Source of the DNA: Candidatus Moraniibacteriota bacterium
GTDB lineage: Bacteria > Patescibacteriota > Minisyncoccia > Moranbacterales > UBA1568
NCBI GenBank assembly: GCA_963743885.1
Contig: CAVURJ010000002.1
Coordinates: 177,706-241,705 of the forward strand
Direction of reading: 5' to 3'
Length of the DNA stretch: 64,000 bases
Under the pieces are notes generated by a model. It worked only from the letters and a program-made list of their open reading frames with translations. It had not been told where the DNA came from and made no database searches. Position 1 is the stretch's first letter. Each line of letters begins with the position of its first letter. Positions 36,676 to 45,369 of this stretch are shown here, one piece after another. Position numbers and translations under genes: made by a program.

Positions 36676-37071
36676 ATGGATCAGATGACATGGTATGCGA
36701 GTCTCGTGAAACCGGAGTGGGCGCCGCCAGCGTGGCTCTTCGGCCCGGTCTGGACCGTGCTCTATATCCTCATCGCCGCTTCCTTTGGGTATGTCGCGTA
36801 CCAGTATCTCGCGGGCCGGCTGCCGCGGCGTATCTTCTTGCCGTTTCTCTTCAATATTATCTTCAATCTCGCGTTCTCGCCGATCCAGTTTGGGCTCGAG
36901 AACAATCTCCTAGCGGCAGCCGACATACTACTTATTCTCGCGACGCTTATCTGGGCGCTCATCGTCGTCTATCCTGTAGTGGCCTGGGTCGCGCTCATCA
37001 ATATTCCGTATCTCCTCTGGGTATCCTTCGCGACTGTGATCCAGCTCACCATCACCTGGCTCAATCGCTAA
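36676..37071 (+). CDS. TspO/MBR (tryptophan-rich sensory protein) family, short form
   Basis: WYASLVKPEWAPPAWLFGPVWTVLYILIA is the TspO N-terminal signature. 131 aa (shorter than usual). Confidence 0.82.
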   Translation: MDQMTWYASLVKPEWAPPAWLFGPVWTVLYILIAASFGYVAYQYLAGRLPRRIFLPFLFNIIFNLAFSPIQFGLENNLLAAADILLILATLIWALIVVYPVVAWVALINIPYLLWVSFATVIQLTITWLNR

Positions 37072-37082
37072 TCTGAAGAAAT

Positions 37083-37634
37083 ATGCTCAAGATCATCATC
37101 GGCGCCTTGGCGGTCATCGGTGCGATCACTGTGATCGTAGCGATCGCCGGATTCTATCGGTTCAATTTCACCGATGGTGGGGATATCGTGACGCCGCGCG
37201 GGCATGACCAGGTCGGCTGCACGATGGAAGCGAAGATCTGTCCGGACGGGTCGGCCGTGGGCCGCTCCGGGCCGAAATGCGAATTTGCATTGTGTCCGAC
37301 TGTTTCTGCGACACATGAGGATATCCGCGTGATGTCACCGAAACCGGATGAGACGGTGACGGTCCCGATTACAGTGAAAGGGGAGGCGCGCGGGACATGG
37401 TTTTTTGAAGGGAGTTTCCCGGTGTCATTCATGACCAGTGATGGACGGACTATCGCTGGCGCGACGGCGGAGGCTCAAGGCGAGTGGATGACCGAGGACT
37501 TCGTCCCGTTTGAAGCGGTGCTCGTGTTTCCGATACCGGCTGGTGCTACTGGAGGATCGCTCATTCTTTCCCGTGACAATCCATCCGGCCTGCCGGAGAA
37601 CGATGCGAAGATTGTGATTCCGGTGAAGTTTTGA
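37083..37634 (+). CDS. membrane-anchored Gmad2-like immunoglobulin-fold domain protein
   Basis: N-terminal TM helix; the C-terminal domain (VTVPITVKGEARGTWFFEGSFPVSFMTSDG) resembles Gmad2/Ig-like germination-associated domains. Confidence 0.5.
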   Translation: MLKIIIGALAVIGAITVIVAIAGFYRFNFTDGGDIVTPRGHDQVGCTMEAKICPDGSAVGRSGPKCEFALCPTVSATHEDIRVMSPKPDETVTVPITVKGEARGTWFFEGSFPVSFMTSDGRTIAGATAEAQGEWMTEDFVPFEAVLVFPIPAGATGGSLILSRDNPSGLPENDAKIVIPVKF

Positions 37635-37649
37635 TGTGCACTGACGCAT

Positions 37650-37680
37650 ACCCGATCCTTCAGTTGGGTCGGGTTTTTTG
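37650..37680 (+). terminator. terminator for the + gene 37083..37634
   Basis: acccgatccttcagttgggtcgggt, then tttttt. Confidence 0.6.
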
Positions 37681-37683
37681 TAT

Positions 37684-37723
37684 AAAAAAAGCCGCCCGGA
37701 AGTATGATGGCTTCGGGCGGGGC
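37684..37723 (-). terminator. terminator for the minus-strand Gam gene
   Basis: On the minus strand: gccccgcccgaagccatcatacttccgggcggc, then ttttttt. Confidence 0.6.
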
Positions 37724-37732
37724 GGTGGAGTG

Positions 37733-38239
37733 TCAGGCCGGTTTGGCTGTGACGACCGGATCCGGACAGACCCGGCAGCGTTCCGGCTGGCGGTACGTGA
37801 TCCAGGGAATGTACGGACGCTCTTCGAGGAGCAGTTCCCGGTTGATCGTCTTTTCGACACGGACATAGCGTTCGAGTCCTTGCTTTTCGAGTCGGGCAAT
37901 CGCCCGCTTGTCGCCGATCTTCTTGACGACGACGCTCGGTGAGACGTAGCGGAACTCGATCACGCCGTGTGTGAAGCGCACGGACTTGCCGTATCGCGTG
38001 ACGATCGTGCGACGGTTCTGCTTGCCATACGTGCCGAGGCGCTTGCGGATATCGACCCGCTCCTTCTTGAGTGGGGCGGACTTGGCCTTGGCACGTTCGC
38101 GGAGCCGAGCGATGTCGGCGGCGAGCTTGGCTTCAATCTTGGCAATCGTCTGTTCGAGAGTATGGAGCCGACTCATGTCGGTATCAGCCTCTTCGTGTGT
38201 GGCAGGGATGGCAGTGATGTCGGTGTGCTTGATGACCAT
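37733..38239 (-). CDS. host-nuclease inhibitor Gam-family (phage Mu Gam / Ku-like) protein
   Basis: N-terminal coiled coil, then VTRYGKSVRFTHGVIEFRYVSPSVVVKKIGDKRAIARLEKQGLERYVRVEKTINRELLLEE. This aligns with Mu Gam (...VSWRVRPPSVSIRGMDAVMETLERLGLQRFIRTKQEINKEAILLEPKAV). It is flanked by convergent terminators. Confidence 0.78.
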   Translation of the reverse strand: MVIKHTDITAIPATHEEADTDMSRLHTLEQTIAKIEAKLAADIARLRERAKAKSAPLKKERVDIRKRLGTYGKQNRRTIVTRYGKSVRFTHGVIEFRYVSPSVVVKKIGDKRAIARLEKQGLERYVRVEKTINRELLLEERPYIPWITYRQPERCRVCPDPVVTAKPA

Positions 38240-38339
38240 GATGGTCTCCTTTCGTGTGCTGGATTGTGAATGAACGGTTGTATCATGAGTTTGCCAGAAT
38301 CTGAATAATCTGTCATACTGTCGACGAACTTCGACAAAT

Positions 38340-39122
38340 ATGGATATTCTGAAAAAAGCATTGGGGACGCTCGGATTCGCCGGGCCAGTGGCGGATGTCT
38401 ATGCCGACCTGGTCGAGAACGGTCGATCGCCGGCGCGCGTGATCGCAGCACGTCTCGGTATGACGCGGCCGTCGGTCTATGATCAGCTCAAGATCTTGAT
38501 TAAGAACGGCTTGGTCGCTGAGTATGACGCGGACGGCAAGGCGCAGTTTGCTGTGCATGATATCGCTGATCTCGGTCGGCGCATGCAGCGTGAAGAAGAG
38601 CGTATCGCCCTTGAGCGCGCGGCGCTCGTGCGTGAAGAAGGCCGTCTTGCGGCGCGTACGGCGACTGCCGAGCCGAAGATCAGATTTTTCGCGGGGCGCG
38701 AAGCGATCCTCGGTAGCATGCACGATATGCTCTGGGATGATCAGCTGATGCTTCGGGTCGTGTGGCCGTATGAGGAGATGCTTCGGACGCTCGGCCGTGA
38801 CGGGCTTGAAGCATTTGATCGCAAGCGGATCAGGAATGATATCCGGCTCGAGACCATATGGGCGGGACGATCGGACGGGAAAAGAGAACAGCTCTGGGGA
38901 GAAGACGAGTCGGGAGTGGAGCGTCGTTTCGCTCCGGGTGGTTTCGCTCCGACGATGGGCTATACCATCTACGGCGACAAGGTGCTCTTCGTCAGCTCGG
39001 CGCAGGAAGCGTTCGGGTTCACGGTTTCGAGCGCCGATTTCGCTTCGCTCATGCGGGAGCAGTTCTCGGTGCTGTGGCAGCTGTCCGCTCCTATGAAGAA
39101 GGTAAGGAAGGGGAAGCGATGA
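38340..39122 (+). CDS. TrmB-family transcriptional regulator
   Basis: N-terminal wHTH (VADVYADLVENGRSPARVIAARLGMTRPSVYDQLKILIKNGLV) typical of TrmB; C-terminal effector-like domain. Confidence 0.62.
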   Translation: MDILKKALGTLGFAGPVADVYADLVENGRSPARVIAARLGMTRPSVYDQLKILIKNGLVAEYDADGKAQFAVHDIADLGRRMQREEERIALERAALVREEGRLAARTATAEPKIRFFAGREAILGSMHDMLWDDQLMLRVVWPYEEMLRTLGRDGLEAFDRKRIRNDIRLETIWAGRSDGKREQLWGEDESGVERRFAPGGFAPTMGYTIYGDKVLFVSSAQEAFGFTVSSADFASLMREQFSVLWQLSAPMKKVRKGKR

Positions 39123-39191
39123 GATGAGAGCGGCAGCTGGTGATATAATGAAAGAAAGAGGAGGTTTCAAATTGTATAATAGAAAGAGAGT

Positions 39192-39611
39192 ATGGATACG
39201 AACACGTGGGTGATACTCGTGTCAGCTGTCTTGGCGATGGCCTTCGGCGCTTTGTGGTATGGTCCGCTGTGGGGCAAGCTCTGGCTCGAGGTGAGCGGGG
39301 CGACCGAGGCGGATATGGCTCGGCGCGAGGAAATGATGAAAGAGACGAATGTCTTGTATATAATCCAGTTTGGCATGACGGTCATCCAACTGTATGTATT
39401 GTCGCATTTCATTGATTTTGCCTGGGATGATATGGCTGGTATTGGGACGGTGTTGCTTGCTTGGCTTGGTTTCGTCGTGCCGACGATTGCTGGTCTCGCA
39501 ATGTGGAATGCCCGGCCGCGGAAGGCCCGTATCGTCATGTTTTTGCTCTCGGCTGGGTACCAGTTCGTCTGTTTCTTGGCGTTCGGTATTATTCTTAGCT
39601 TGTGGCAGTAG
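39192..39611 (+). CDS. DUF1761-family membrane protein
   Basis: Four-TM small protein with the WYGPLWGKLW motif. Two tandem -10 elements (39140, 39172) and SD agaggagg lie upstream. Confidence 0.65.
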   Translation: MDTNTWVILVSAVLAMAFGALWYGPLWGKLWLEVSGATEADMARREEMMKETNVLYIIQFGMTVIQLYVLSHFIDFAWDDMAGIGTVLLAWLGFVVPTIAGLAMWNARPRKARIVMFLLSAGYQFVCFLAFGIILSLWQ

Positions 39612-39620
39612 CGTTGGTAT

Positions 39621-40001
39621 ATGCGGAATCCCCTGATCAATTTGAAGAAGCTCATCGATCCGTGGTCGGTGCCGCATTTCATGTTTGGTGTCGTCGTGGC
39701 GCTCGCAGCGGCTGTGTTCGCCTGGTCGGCGATGTGGACGTTCGCCGGCATCATCGTTCTGGCTCTTCTCTGGGAGTTTTTGGAGATGCGTTTCCGACTT
39801 TCCGAGGCGCCAGGCAATGCCTGGATGGACGTACTCTTGCCGCTTATCGCTTTTACCGTCACGTACCCGCTCATTTCCGGTCCGTCGATCGACAACGAAC
39901 GTCGCATGCCGCTCCTCATTATCGCGGTGATTCTCTATATTATGACGAACTATCTGTCATGGCGCGCCCGCTTCGAGCGTGATCGCGATTTCCAGGGCTG
40001 A
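39621..40001 (+). CDS. membrane protein, hypothetical
   Basis: 126 aa, about 4 TM helices. The antisense ORF 39167..39919 is rejected. Confidence 0.48.
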   Translation: MRNPLINLKKLIDPWSVPHFMFGVVVALAAAVFAWSAMWTFAGIIVLALLWEFLEMRFRLSEAPGNAWMDVLLPLIAFTVTYPLISGPSIDNERRMPLLIIAVILYIMTNYLSWRARFERDRDFQG

Positions 40002-40003
40002 GT

Positions 40004-40720
40004 ATGGCATCAGTAGCGGCGATCAGGCGCGAGCTCCGCGCCAAGGCGAAGCAGGGCAAGGCGGCGATTCTCGCGCGCTTCTTCAAGACGGGCAAGGGGG
40101 AGTATGCCGAGGGCGACCGGTTCCTCGGCGTCACGGTGCCGGAGACCCGCGCGGTGGCGAAGCGGTATCAGGACCTGTCGCTCGCAGAGGTTCTGGAGCT
40201 TCTCTCTTCGCCGATCCATGAGGAGCGGGCGTGCGCGCTCTTTATCATGGTCGGGCAGTACGGGCGTGGGAGTACGAAGACGCGAGCGGCGATCTATCGC
40301 GCGTATCTCGCGCATACTCGATATATCAATAATTGGGATCTGGTTGATCTTTCGGCGTACCATATCGTCGGACCGCATCTTGAAGGGAGAGAGCAGGGTG
40401 TCCTCGGCCGTCTAGCAGTGTCTCGCAGTCTGTGGGAACGGCGCATCGCTATGGTCGCGACTTTTCATACTATCCGCCAGGGCGATCCGGCGCCGGCTCT
40501 TCACATCGCTGAGCGGCTCGTGTATGATGACCACGACCTGATCCAGAAGGCGGTGGGCTGGATGCTCCGCGAAGTCGGTAAGCGTTGTTCGCTGGATGCG
40601 GAATGCGCTTTCCTCGACCGCTATGCGGCGACGATGCCGCGGACCGCGCTCCGCTACGCTATTGAACGGATGAGTCCGGCGGAGAAGCGCCGCTATATGA
40701 TGATGAAAGATCATGCGTGA
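40004..40720 (+). CDS. DNA alkylation repair protein (AlkC/AlkD-like HEAT-repeat glycosylase family)
   Basis: FFKTGKGEYAEGDRFLGVTVPETRAVAKRY ... NNWDLVD ... GWMLREVGKR is the HEAT-like repeat signature of PF08713. Confidence 0.86.
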   Translation: MASVAAIRRELRAKAKQGKAAILARFFKTGKGEYAEGDRFLGVTVPETRAVAKRYQDLSLAEVLELLSSPIHEERACALFIMVGQYGRGSTKTRAAIYRAYLAHTRYINNWDLVDLSAYHIVGPHLEGREQGVLGRLAVSRSLWERRIAMVATFHTIRQGDPAPALHIAERLVYDDHDLIQKAVGWMLREVGKRCSLDAECAFLDRYAATMPRTALRYAIERMSPAEKRRYMMMKDHA

Positions 40721-41261
40721 GAAGTTTTTGCTCCATACCTGCTGCGCCCCGTGTGGGATCGCAGTCATCGATGAGCTCCGCCAGACGTTCGATCTGACGG
40801 TGCTCTTCTTCAATCCGAATATCCATCCGGAAGAGGAGTATCTCCGCCGGAAGCAGGAGGTCATCCGCGTCTGCGAAGAGTGGGGCGTGCCGATGATTGA
40901 TATGGACTATGTGCCGGAAGAATGGCTCACGCTGACTCGCGGGCTTGAGGATGAGCCGGAGCAGGGCAAGCGCTGCTCTACCTGCATCGGTATGCGGCTC
41001 ATGCGCTCGGCGAGGGAAGCCAAGGAGCGCGGCTTCGGTATCTTCGGGACGACGCTCACGATGGGGAGCCGGAAGAGCGCCAAGGTGATCTTTCCGATCG
41101 GGGAGGCAGCTGCTACGCGTTTCGGACTCGCTTTTTATGCTGAAGACTGGAAGAAGAAGGGGCGGGAGGGCATCGCGCGGGCGATGGTCCGGGAGCGTGG
41201 CATCTATCGGCAGAAGTACTGTGGATGTAAATATTCTCTTCGTATGCCGGAAGGTGGATAA
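40713..41261 (+). CDS. queH: epoxyqueuosine reductase QueH
   Basis: LLHTCCAPCG N-terminal Cys cluster plus a C-terminal CGC, DUF208 length. Overlaps upstream by 8 bp. Confidence 0.9.
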   Translation: MREKFLLHTCCAPCGIAVIDELRQTFDLTVLFFNPNIHPEEEYLRRKQEVIRVCEEWGVPMIDMDYVPEEWLTLTRGLEDEPEQGKRCSTCIGMRLMRSAREAKERGFGIFGTTLTMGSRKSAKVIFPIGEAAATRFGLAFYAEDWKKKGREGIARAMVRERGIYRQKYCGCKYSLRMPEGG

Positions 41262-41311
41262 TTTGCACACAGAGTATATACTGTAGGATGTGAAGCATAA
41301 TACAAAATAAT

Positions 41312-41698
41312 ATGGAAAATGAGATAGGAGTAAAAAAGAAGATATGTATCATTGATGACGATGACGATATTCGTGAGATCTACATCATGAAATTCGGACT
41401 CGAGGGGTTCGATGTGGTCGGCGCGAAGAACGGCGAGGACGGACTGAAGCTGATCCGAAAGGAGCATCCGGATATCATCCTGCTTGACCTCCAGATGCCG
41501 GTCAAGAACGGTGTCGAGGTCCTTGAGGAGCTTCGGAATGATGGAGAGCTTTCGAAGATACCAGTGGTAGTACTGAGCAATATCGATAGCGAGGACATGT
41601 TCCAGGAAGTAGGGAGGTTTGAAACGCGCTTCTATCTCATCAAGTCGCTTACGACGCCGCAGAAGGCGGTGGACTATGTGCGCGAGGCACTGCGCTAG
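41312..41698 (+). CDS. stand-alone response regulator receiver domain (CheY-like)
   Basis: Phospho-acceptor Asp in the DLQMP context, an acidic pocket DDDDD, and a T/K pair (VVVLSN ... K). Confidence 0.88.
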   Translation: MENEIGVKKKICIIDDDDDIREIYIMKFGLEGFDVVGAKNGEDGLKLIRKEHPDIILLDLQMPVKNGVEVLEELRNDGELSKIPVVVLSNIDSEDMFQEVGRFETRFYLIKSLTTPQKAVDYVREALR

Positions 41699-41770
41699 AG
41701 GAAAAAGAGCTCGAGGCTTGCTTTTTTGGCTGAAATAGGGTAAGACAGGTGCAGGGAGGGACCGCATAGA

Positions 41771-43300
41771 ATGGGTCCTTTTACAATTGTAGTTCAACGT
41801 AGTCAGACGAAGGAGAGCATCGTGGTAAGAAAAATTACCCGTCATACCAGGACTTCTGTACAAGGAAAGAAGAGCTCGAAGCTCTTTGTCTTGGATACCA
41901 ATGTGCTCATGCACGATCCGCTGAGCCTCTACCGCTTCCAGGAGCACGACATCTTCATGCCGATGATGACGCTCGAAGAACTGGACTCGAACAAGAAGGG
42001 CATGTCAGAAGTTGCGCGCAATGCCCGCCAGGCCAGTCGGTTGCTCGATGAAATCATTTCGGGCTGTGAGCATGAGATCAAGCGTGGCATCGAACTGGTT
42101 GTCGCCTCGCATGGCTTAGCCTCTGGTCGGTTGTTCCTGCAGACCGAGACGATGAATGGTAGTTTACCTTCTTCGTTGCCGAGTTCACGTGGCGATAACA
42201 ACATCCTGTCGGTGATGAAACATCTGTGCGATAACGACTCCATCCGGCATGTCATTCTGGTGTCGAAGGATATCAATATGCGCATCAAGGCTCGTGCGCT
42301 GGGCCTCGAGGCGCAGGACTACTTCAACGACAAAGTTCTCGAAGACGCCGACTTGCTTTACTCGGGCACATTGGAACTGCCGGCGAACTTTTGGAATAAC
42401 CACAGCAAGGATATGAGGTCGTGGAAGCAGGATGCTCGTACGCTGTATCAGGTATCCGGGCCACTGTGTCCTGATCTGTTGGTCAATGAGTTTGTTTATG
42501 TCGATTCTGATAGCAAGGAAAGGCCTTTCCAAGCTATCGTTCGCGAGCGTTCGGGCAAGAGTGCGACGCTGTCTACGCTCATCGACTATGACCATCAGAA
42601 GAATGCAGTGTGGGGTATCGTCGCGCGCAATCGTGAGCAGAGCTTCGCGCTCAATCTCCTCATGGACCCGGAAATCGACTTTGTGACGATTCTTGGCCAG
42701 GCAGGGACGGGCAAGACACTTCTCACGCTCGCCGCGGCGCTTACGCAGACTCTCGAGACCAAGCGGTATACGGACATCATCATCACGCGGGTGACAGTGC
42801 CGGTCGGCGAAGACATTGGCTTCCTTCCGGGAACGGAAGAGGAGAAGATGACGCCATGGATGGGCGCAGTCGAAGACAATCTCGATGTGCTCAACAAGCC
42901 GGCCGAAGTTGGCCATAAGGATGACGGTCAGCGCGCAGGCGGAGCGTATGGTGGCGATTGGGGACGGGCGGCGACGATGGACCTGATCCGCAGCCGAATC
43001 AAGATCAAGTCGCTCAACTTCATGCGCGGGCGGACGTTCATCAATAAGTTCCTCATCATCGATGAGGCACAGAACCTGACGTCCAAGCAGATGAAGACGC
43101 TCGTCACGCGCGCCGGTCCCGGTACCAAAGTGGTGTGTCTCGGCAATATCGCGCAGATCGATACGCCGTACCTCACCGAGGGCAGTTCCGGTATCACGTA
43201 CGTAGTCGACCGCTTCAAGGGTTGGGCGCATTCGGGGCATATCACGCTCCAGCGCGGTGAACGCTCGCGGCTTGCCGATTACGCGGCTGAAGTGCTCTGA
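41771..43300 (+). CDS. PhoH2 (N-terminal PIN domain fused to PhoH-like ATPase; YlaK family)
   Basis: PIN: LFVLDTNVLMHDP ... D residues. PhoH: ILGQAGTGKTLLTLAAAL Walker A, FLIIDEAQNL Walker B. Confidence 0.9.
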   Translation: MGPFTIVVQRSQTKESIVVRKITRHTRTSVQGKKSSKLFVLDTNVLMHDPLSLYRFQEHDIFMPMMTLEELDSNKKGMSEVARNARQASRLLDEIISGCEHEIKRGIELVVASHGLASGRLFLQTETMNGSLPSSLPSSRGDNNILSVMKHLCDNDSIRHVILVSKDINMRIKARALGLEAQDYFNDKVLEDADLLYSGTLELPANFWNNHSKDMRSWKQDARTLYQVSGPLCPDLLVNEFVYVDSDSKERPFQAIVRERSGKSATLSTLIDYDHQKNAVWGIVARNREQSFALNLLMDPEIDFVTILGQAGTGKTLLTLAAALTQTLETKRYTDIIITRVTVPVGEDIGFLPGTEEEKMTPWMGAVEDNLDVLNKPAEVGHKDDGQRAGGAYGGDWGRAATMDLIRSRIKIKSLNFMRGRTFINKFLIIDEAQNLTSKQMKTLVTRAGPGTKVVCLGNIAQIDTPYLTEGSSGITYVVDRFKGWAHSGHITLQRGERSRLADYAAEVL

Positions 43301-43452
43301 CAACAAGTAGTTTTCTCGAAGGCCTCATGGGATTCCCAAGAGGCCTTTTTCCTTTTCCTGATTGACGGAGCTTGGCTTTCCTGGTACGCTATTTCGCAGT
43401 TGTTTGGTATGTCTCTTTCGAAACCTTTTCGGAACGGAAGGAGGATCTCTCC

Positions 43453-43860
43453 ATGGAAGCGTTCATCGGTCAAATAGCGGAAAGCGGGCTACCGGTTGCC
43501 AAGGTGGATTTTGTCTATTATATCCATCCGGTCGGTCCGTCGTGCAAGAAGAAGGTGGCTGAATATCTGGCAGCTATCGGATTGGATCCCGGCCGGAGCC
43601 AGGTATCGGTGCACTATAGCGGTACAACCTGGCCAGCCTGGAGAGTGGATCCCGATTTTCTCGGGAAGCTCCTCGCACTCCGTCTTGAGAATGATTATCA
43701 GGGCTTCGGCTTCGTTTCGTTTCGACAGCGCGCCGATGATCCGAGCAGTTTTATCGAATATTCTCCGGTCGCGCACGCGCCCATCGATGAGGCGCTTGCA
43801 TGGGGAGATGTTTCCAGCCTCGGCCGGGTAATCAGGCTTTATCCGCGGGGGCGGCGCTGA
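43453..43860 (+). CDS. hypothetical protein
   Basis: Start trimmed to MEAFIGQ; no domain recognised. Confidence 0.42.
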   Translation: MEAFIGQIAESGLPVAKVDFVYYIHPVGPSCKKKVAEYLAAIGLDPGRSQVSVHYSGTTWPAWRVDPDFLGKLLALRLENDYQGFGFVSFRQRADDPSSFIEYSPVAHAPIDEALAWGDVSSLGRVIRLYPRGRR

Positions 43861-43861
43861 T

Positions 43862-44170
43862 GCGGCGCCGGCAGAAACAGGGAGAAGGGCTCATAGAGCT
43901 CTCCTCCCTTTCTTTTTTGCATAACGGGTATTCAACCCTATGTTCCCGTCACTCGCTCGGTAACGAAAGCTTACTTTCGTTACGCTCGCTCCGTTAGGGA
44001 ATAACGGGTATTTACCCCAGGGCAAGCCCTGGACCCAAGAAACGAACTGATGTTCGTTTCTTTCCGCGGCAAGCCGCGGGGTATTGAACCCGATTTTACC
44101 TGCACTGCGCTCGGAAATGAGAGCTAGCTCTCATTTCGCTCGCTTCGTTTGGTAATAAAAAAGACGCTAG
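43862..44170. repeat. mosaic cluster of palindromic hairpins (BIME-like), copy 1
   Basis: Five successive hairpins: gctcggtaacgaaagcttactttcgttacgctcgc; ccagggcaagccctgg; aagaaacgaactgatgttcgtttctt; ccgcggcaagccgcgg; gcgctcggaaatgagagctagctctcatttcgctcgc. They are interspersed with gggtatt(c/t)a(a)ccc direct motifs. Confidence 0.65.
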
Positions 44171-44183
44171 CACACACGTGGTG
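44146..44183 (-). terminator. minus-strand terminator after 44309..44650
   Basis: On the minus strand: gacgctagcacaccacgtgtgtgctagcgtc, then tttttt. Confidence 0.65.
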
Positions 44184-44308
44184 TGCTAGCGTCAAGTGGA
44201 CCGGCCTCGTTGAGGGGAAGGGAGGTGCCCCGCTCACCGCCCGTTTTGGAAACGGATGGAGAGCCGAGGCCGGATCCCGCGTGATCGCTGGATGTAAGCG
44301 GCCAGCTG

Positions 44309-44650
44309 CTAATCATAGTCATTGGCCGCAAGACGTTTGAAGTCGGTTGCCGGCAATGGCGGACGATGAGCAGTGTCGGTTGGCGGCAGGGTCGTCGTCG
44401 GATCGTAGCCGAGCTGCTTCTTCACTTTCTGCAGTGCTGCTCCGTAGAAGAAGCCGAAGTTCCCACTCCGGGATTTTTCCGAAGTCTCCGGCTGCAATGG
44501 TGTGCACTGGTGGATCGCTGCCGCAAGGATTGTCTTGAACGACTTCCGTGCGGAATCGGGACGTCCGAGTTCTGTTTCCCAGAGCTCGAGCGCCTTATTG
44601 ACGATACAGCGGACGGTGTCGTTTCCGTTGCCGCGAGCTGCCCGAGCCAT
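44309..44650 (-). CDS. small protein, possible ribbon-helix-helix-like N-terminus; paralog of the next gene
   Basis: SD aaggagg plus a minus-strand TTGACT-N17-TATAAT promoter upstream, and a hairpin plus T-run terminator downstream. The N-terminus TVRCIVNKALELWETELGRPDSARKSFKTILAAAI fits a beta-strand/helix/G-loop/helix RHH pattern (inference). Confidence 0.5.
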   Translation of the reverse strand: MARAARGNGNDTVRCIVNKALELWETELGRPDSARKSFKTILAAAIHQCTPLQPETSEKSRSGNFGFFYGAALQKVKKQLGYDPTTTLPPTDTAHRPPLPATDFKRLAANDYD

Positions 44651-44684
44651 ACCTGCCTCCTTTTTTGAAGTAACTGTGTTGACA

Positions 44685-44713
44685 TTATATACCTTTTTAT
44701 AAAAAAAGTCAAG
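44685..44713 (-). promoter_or_regulatory. textbook sigma70 promoter TTGACT-N17-TATAAT (minus strand) for 44309..44650
   Basis: On + coordinates agtcaa lies at 44708-13 and attata at 44685-90. SD aaggagg precedes the ATG. Confidence 0.7.
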
Positions 44714-44729
44714 TATCGGATTTTCGTGT

Positions 44730-44763
44730 AAAAAAAGGACGCCAACGAAGAGGTGTTGGCGTC
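44730..44763 (-). terminator. minus-strand terminator after 44845..45141
   Basis: On the minus strand: gacgccaacacctcttcgttggcgtc, then ttttttt. The stem ends (gacgc ... gcgtcaagt) are homologous to the neighbouring terminator. Confidence 0.65.
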
Positions 44764-44844
44764 AAGTTCCGATACTCGTGAGATGGAGTGGGTCCGCGTT
44801 GCGGCTATTCTCCTCGCTTGGGGCGAACGGGTCCGGAAGAAAGA

Positions 44845-45141
44845 TCAGCATAGGCTAGCCAAGATGAATCTTTCAGGGATTGGCTGACGGAACCTGAAGT
44901 AATCCGGCAGGCGCGATTTCTTTTCATCCTTTCTTGCGTGCTCCGTGAGCAGCGCTTTGGACAGTCGCTTTACACGATGGAAGAACTCTCTAGTTTGGAA
45001 AGTGCCGAGACGGCATTGAGCGATCGCTACATCATAGGCGTGTTTGAAGTCGGTCTCGAATGTCGAGAGGTCGTTTTCTTTGAGGACTTCAAAGACGCGT
45101 CTGGCGAGCTGTTTTGCATCGGCGTTCTTGCTAGTATACAT
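44845..45141 (-). CDS. small protein, paralog of 44309..44650
   Basis: Start at MYTSKNADAKQ, supported by SD ggagga 7 nt upstream. Shares the LELxE...AAI-QC motif with its neighbour. Has its own ggtgtatact -10 and hairpin plus T-run terminator. Confidence 0.5.
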   Translation of the reverse strand: MYTSKNADAKQLARRVFEVLKENDLSTFETDFKHAYDVAIAQCRLGTFQTREFFHRVKRLSKALLTEHARKDEKKSRLPDYFRFRQPIPERFILASLC

Positions 45142-45171
45142 CAGGTGATCCTCCGGGTTGTGAAATGACTC

Positions 45172-45180
45172 TCTGACAGT
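45172..45180 (-). promoter_or_regulatory. extended -10 ggtgtatact (minus strand) for 44845..45141
   Basis: Reverse complement of agtatacacc, about 30 nt upstream of the SD ggagga. Confidence 0.55.
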
Positions 45181-45369
45181 ATACACCTTTTTTACATTTC
45201 CGGGAGAGTCATGTATTATTGAGTGTCAATCCGAGATATACGCGTTATGTCCGGTAGTGAAATTTCGACTGGACACTTAGAGTCACTACAAGAGGATAAA
45301 TATTTCTGATAAGCAAGAATTAATCTGACTTCTTCGACTTTAAAAAGAATTGTCGAAGTTCTACTGGGT

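Noticed and set aside
43862-44170. Possible CRISPR array, because of the recurring gggtatt-aaccc motifs separated by about 60 bp
   Set aside because: The repeats are not identical (three different variants), the spacers are themselves palindromic hairpins, and no cas genes are present. It is better explained as a mosaic REP/BIME-like cluster.
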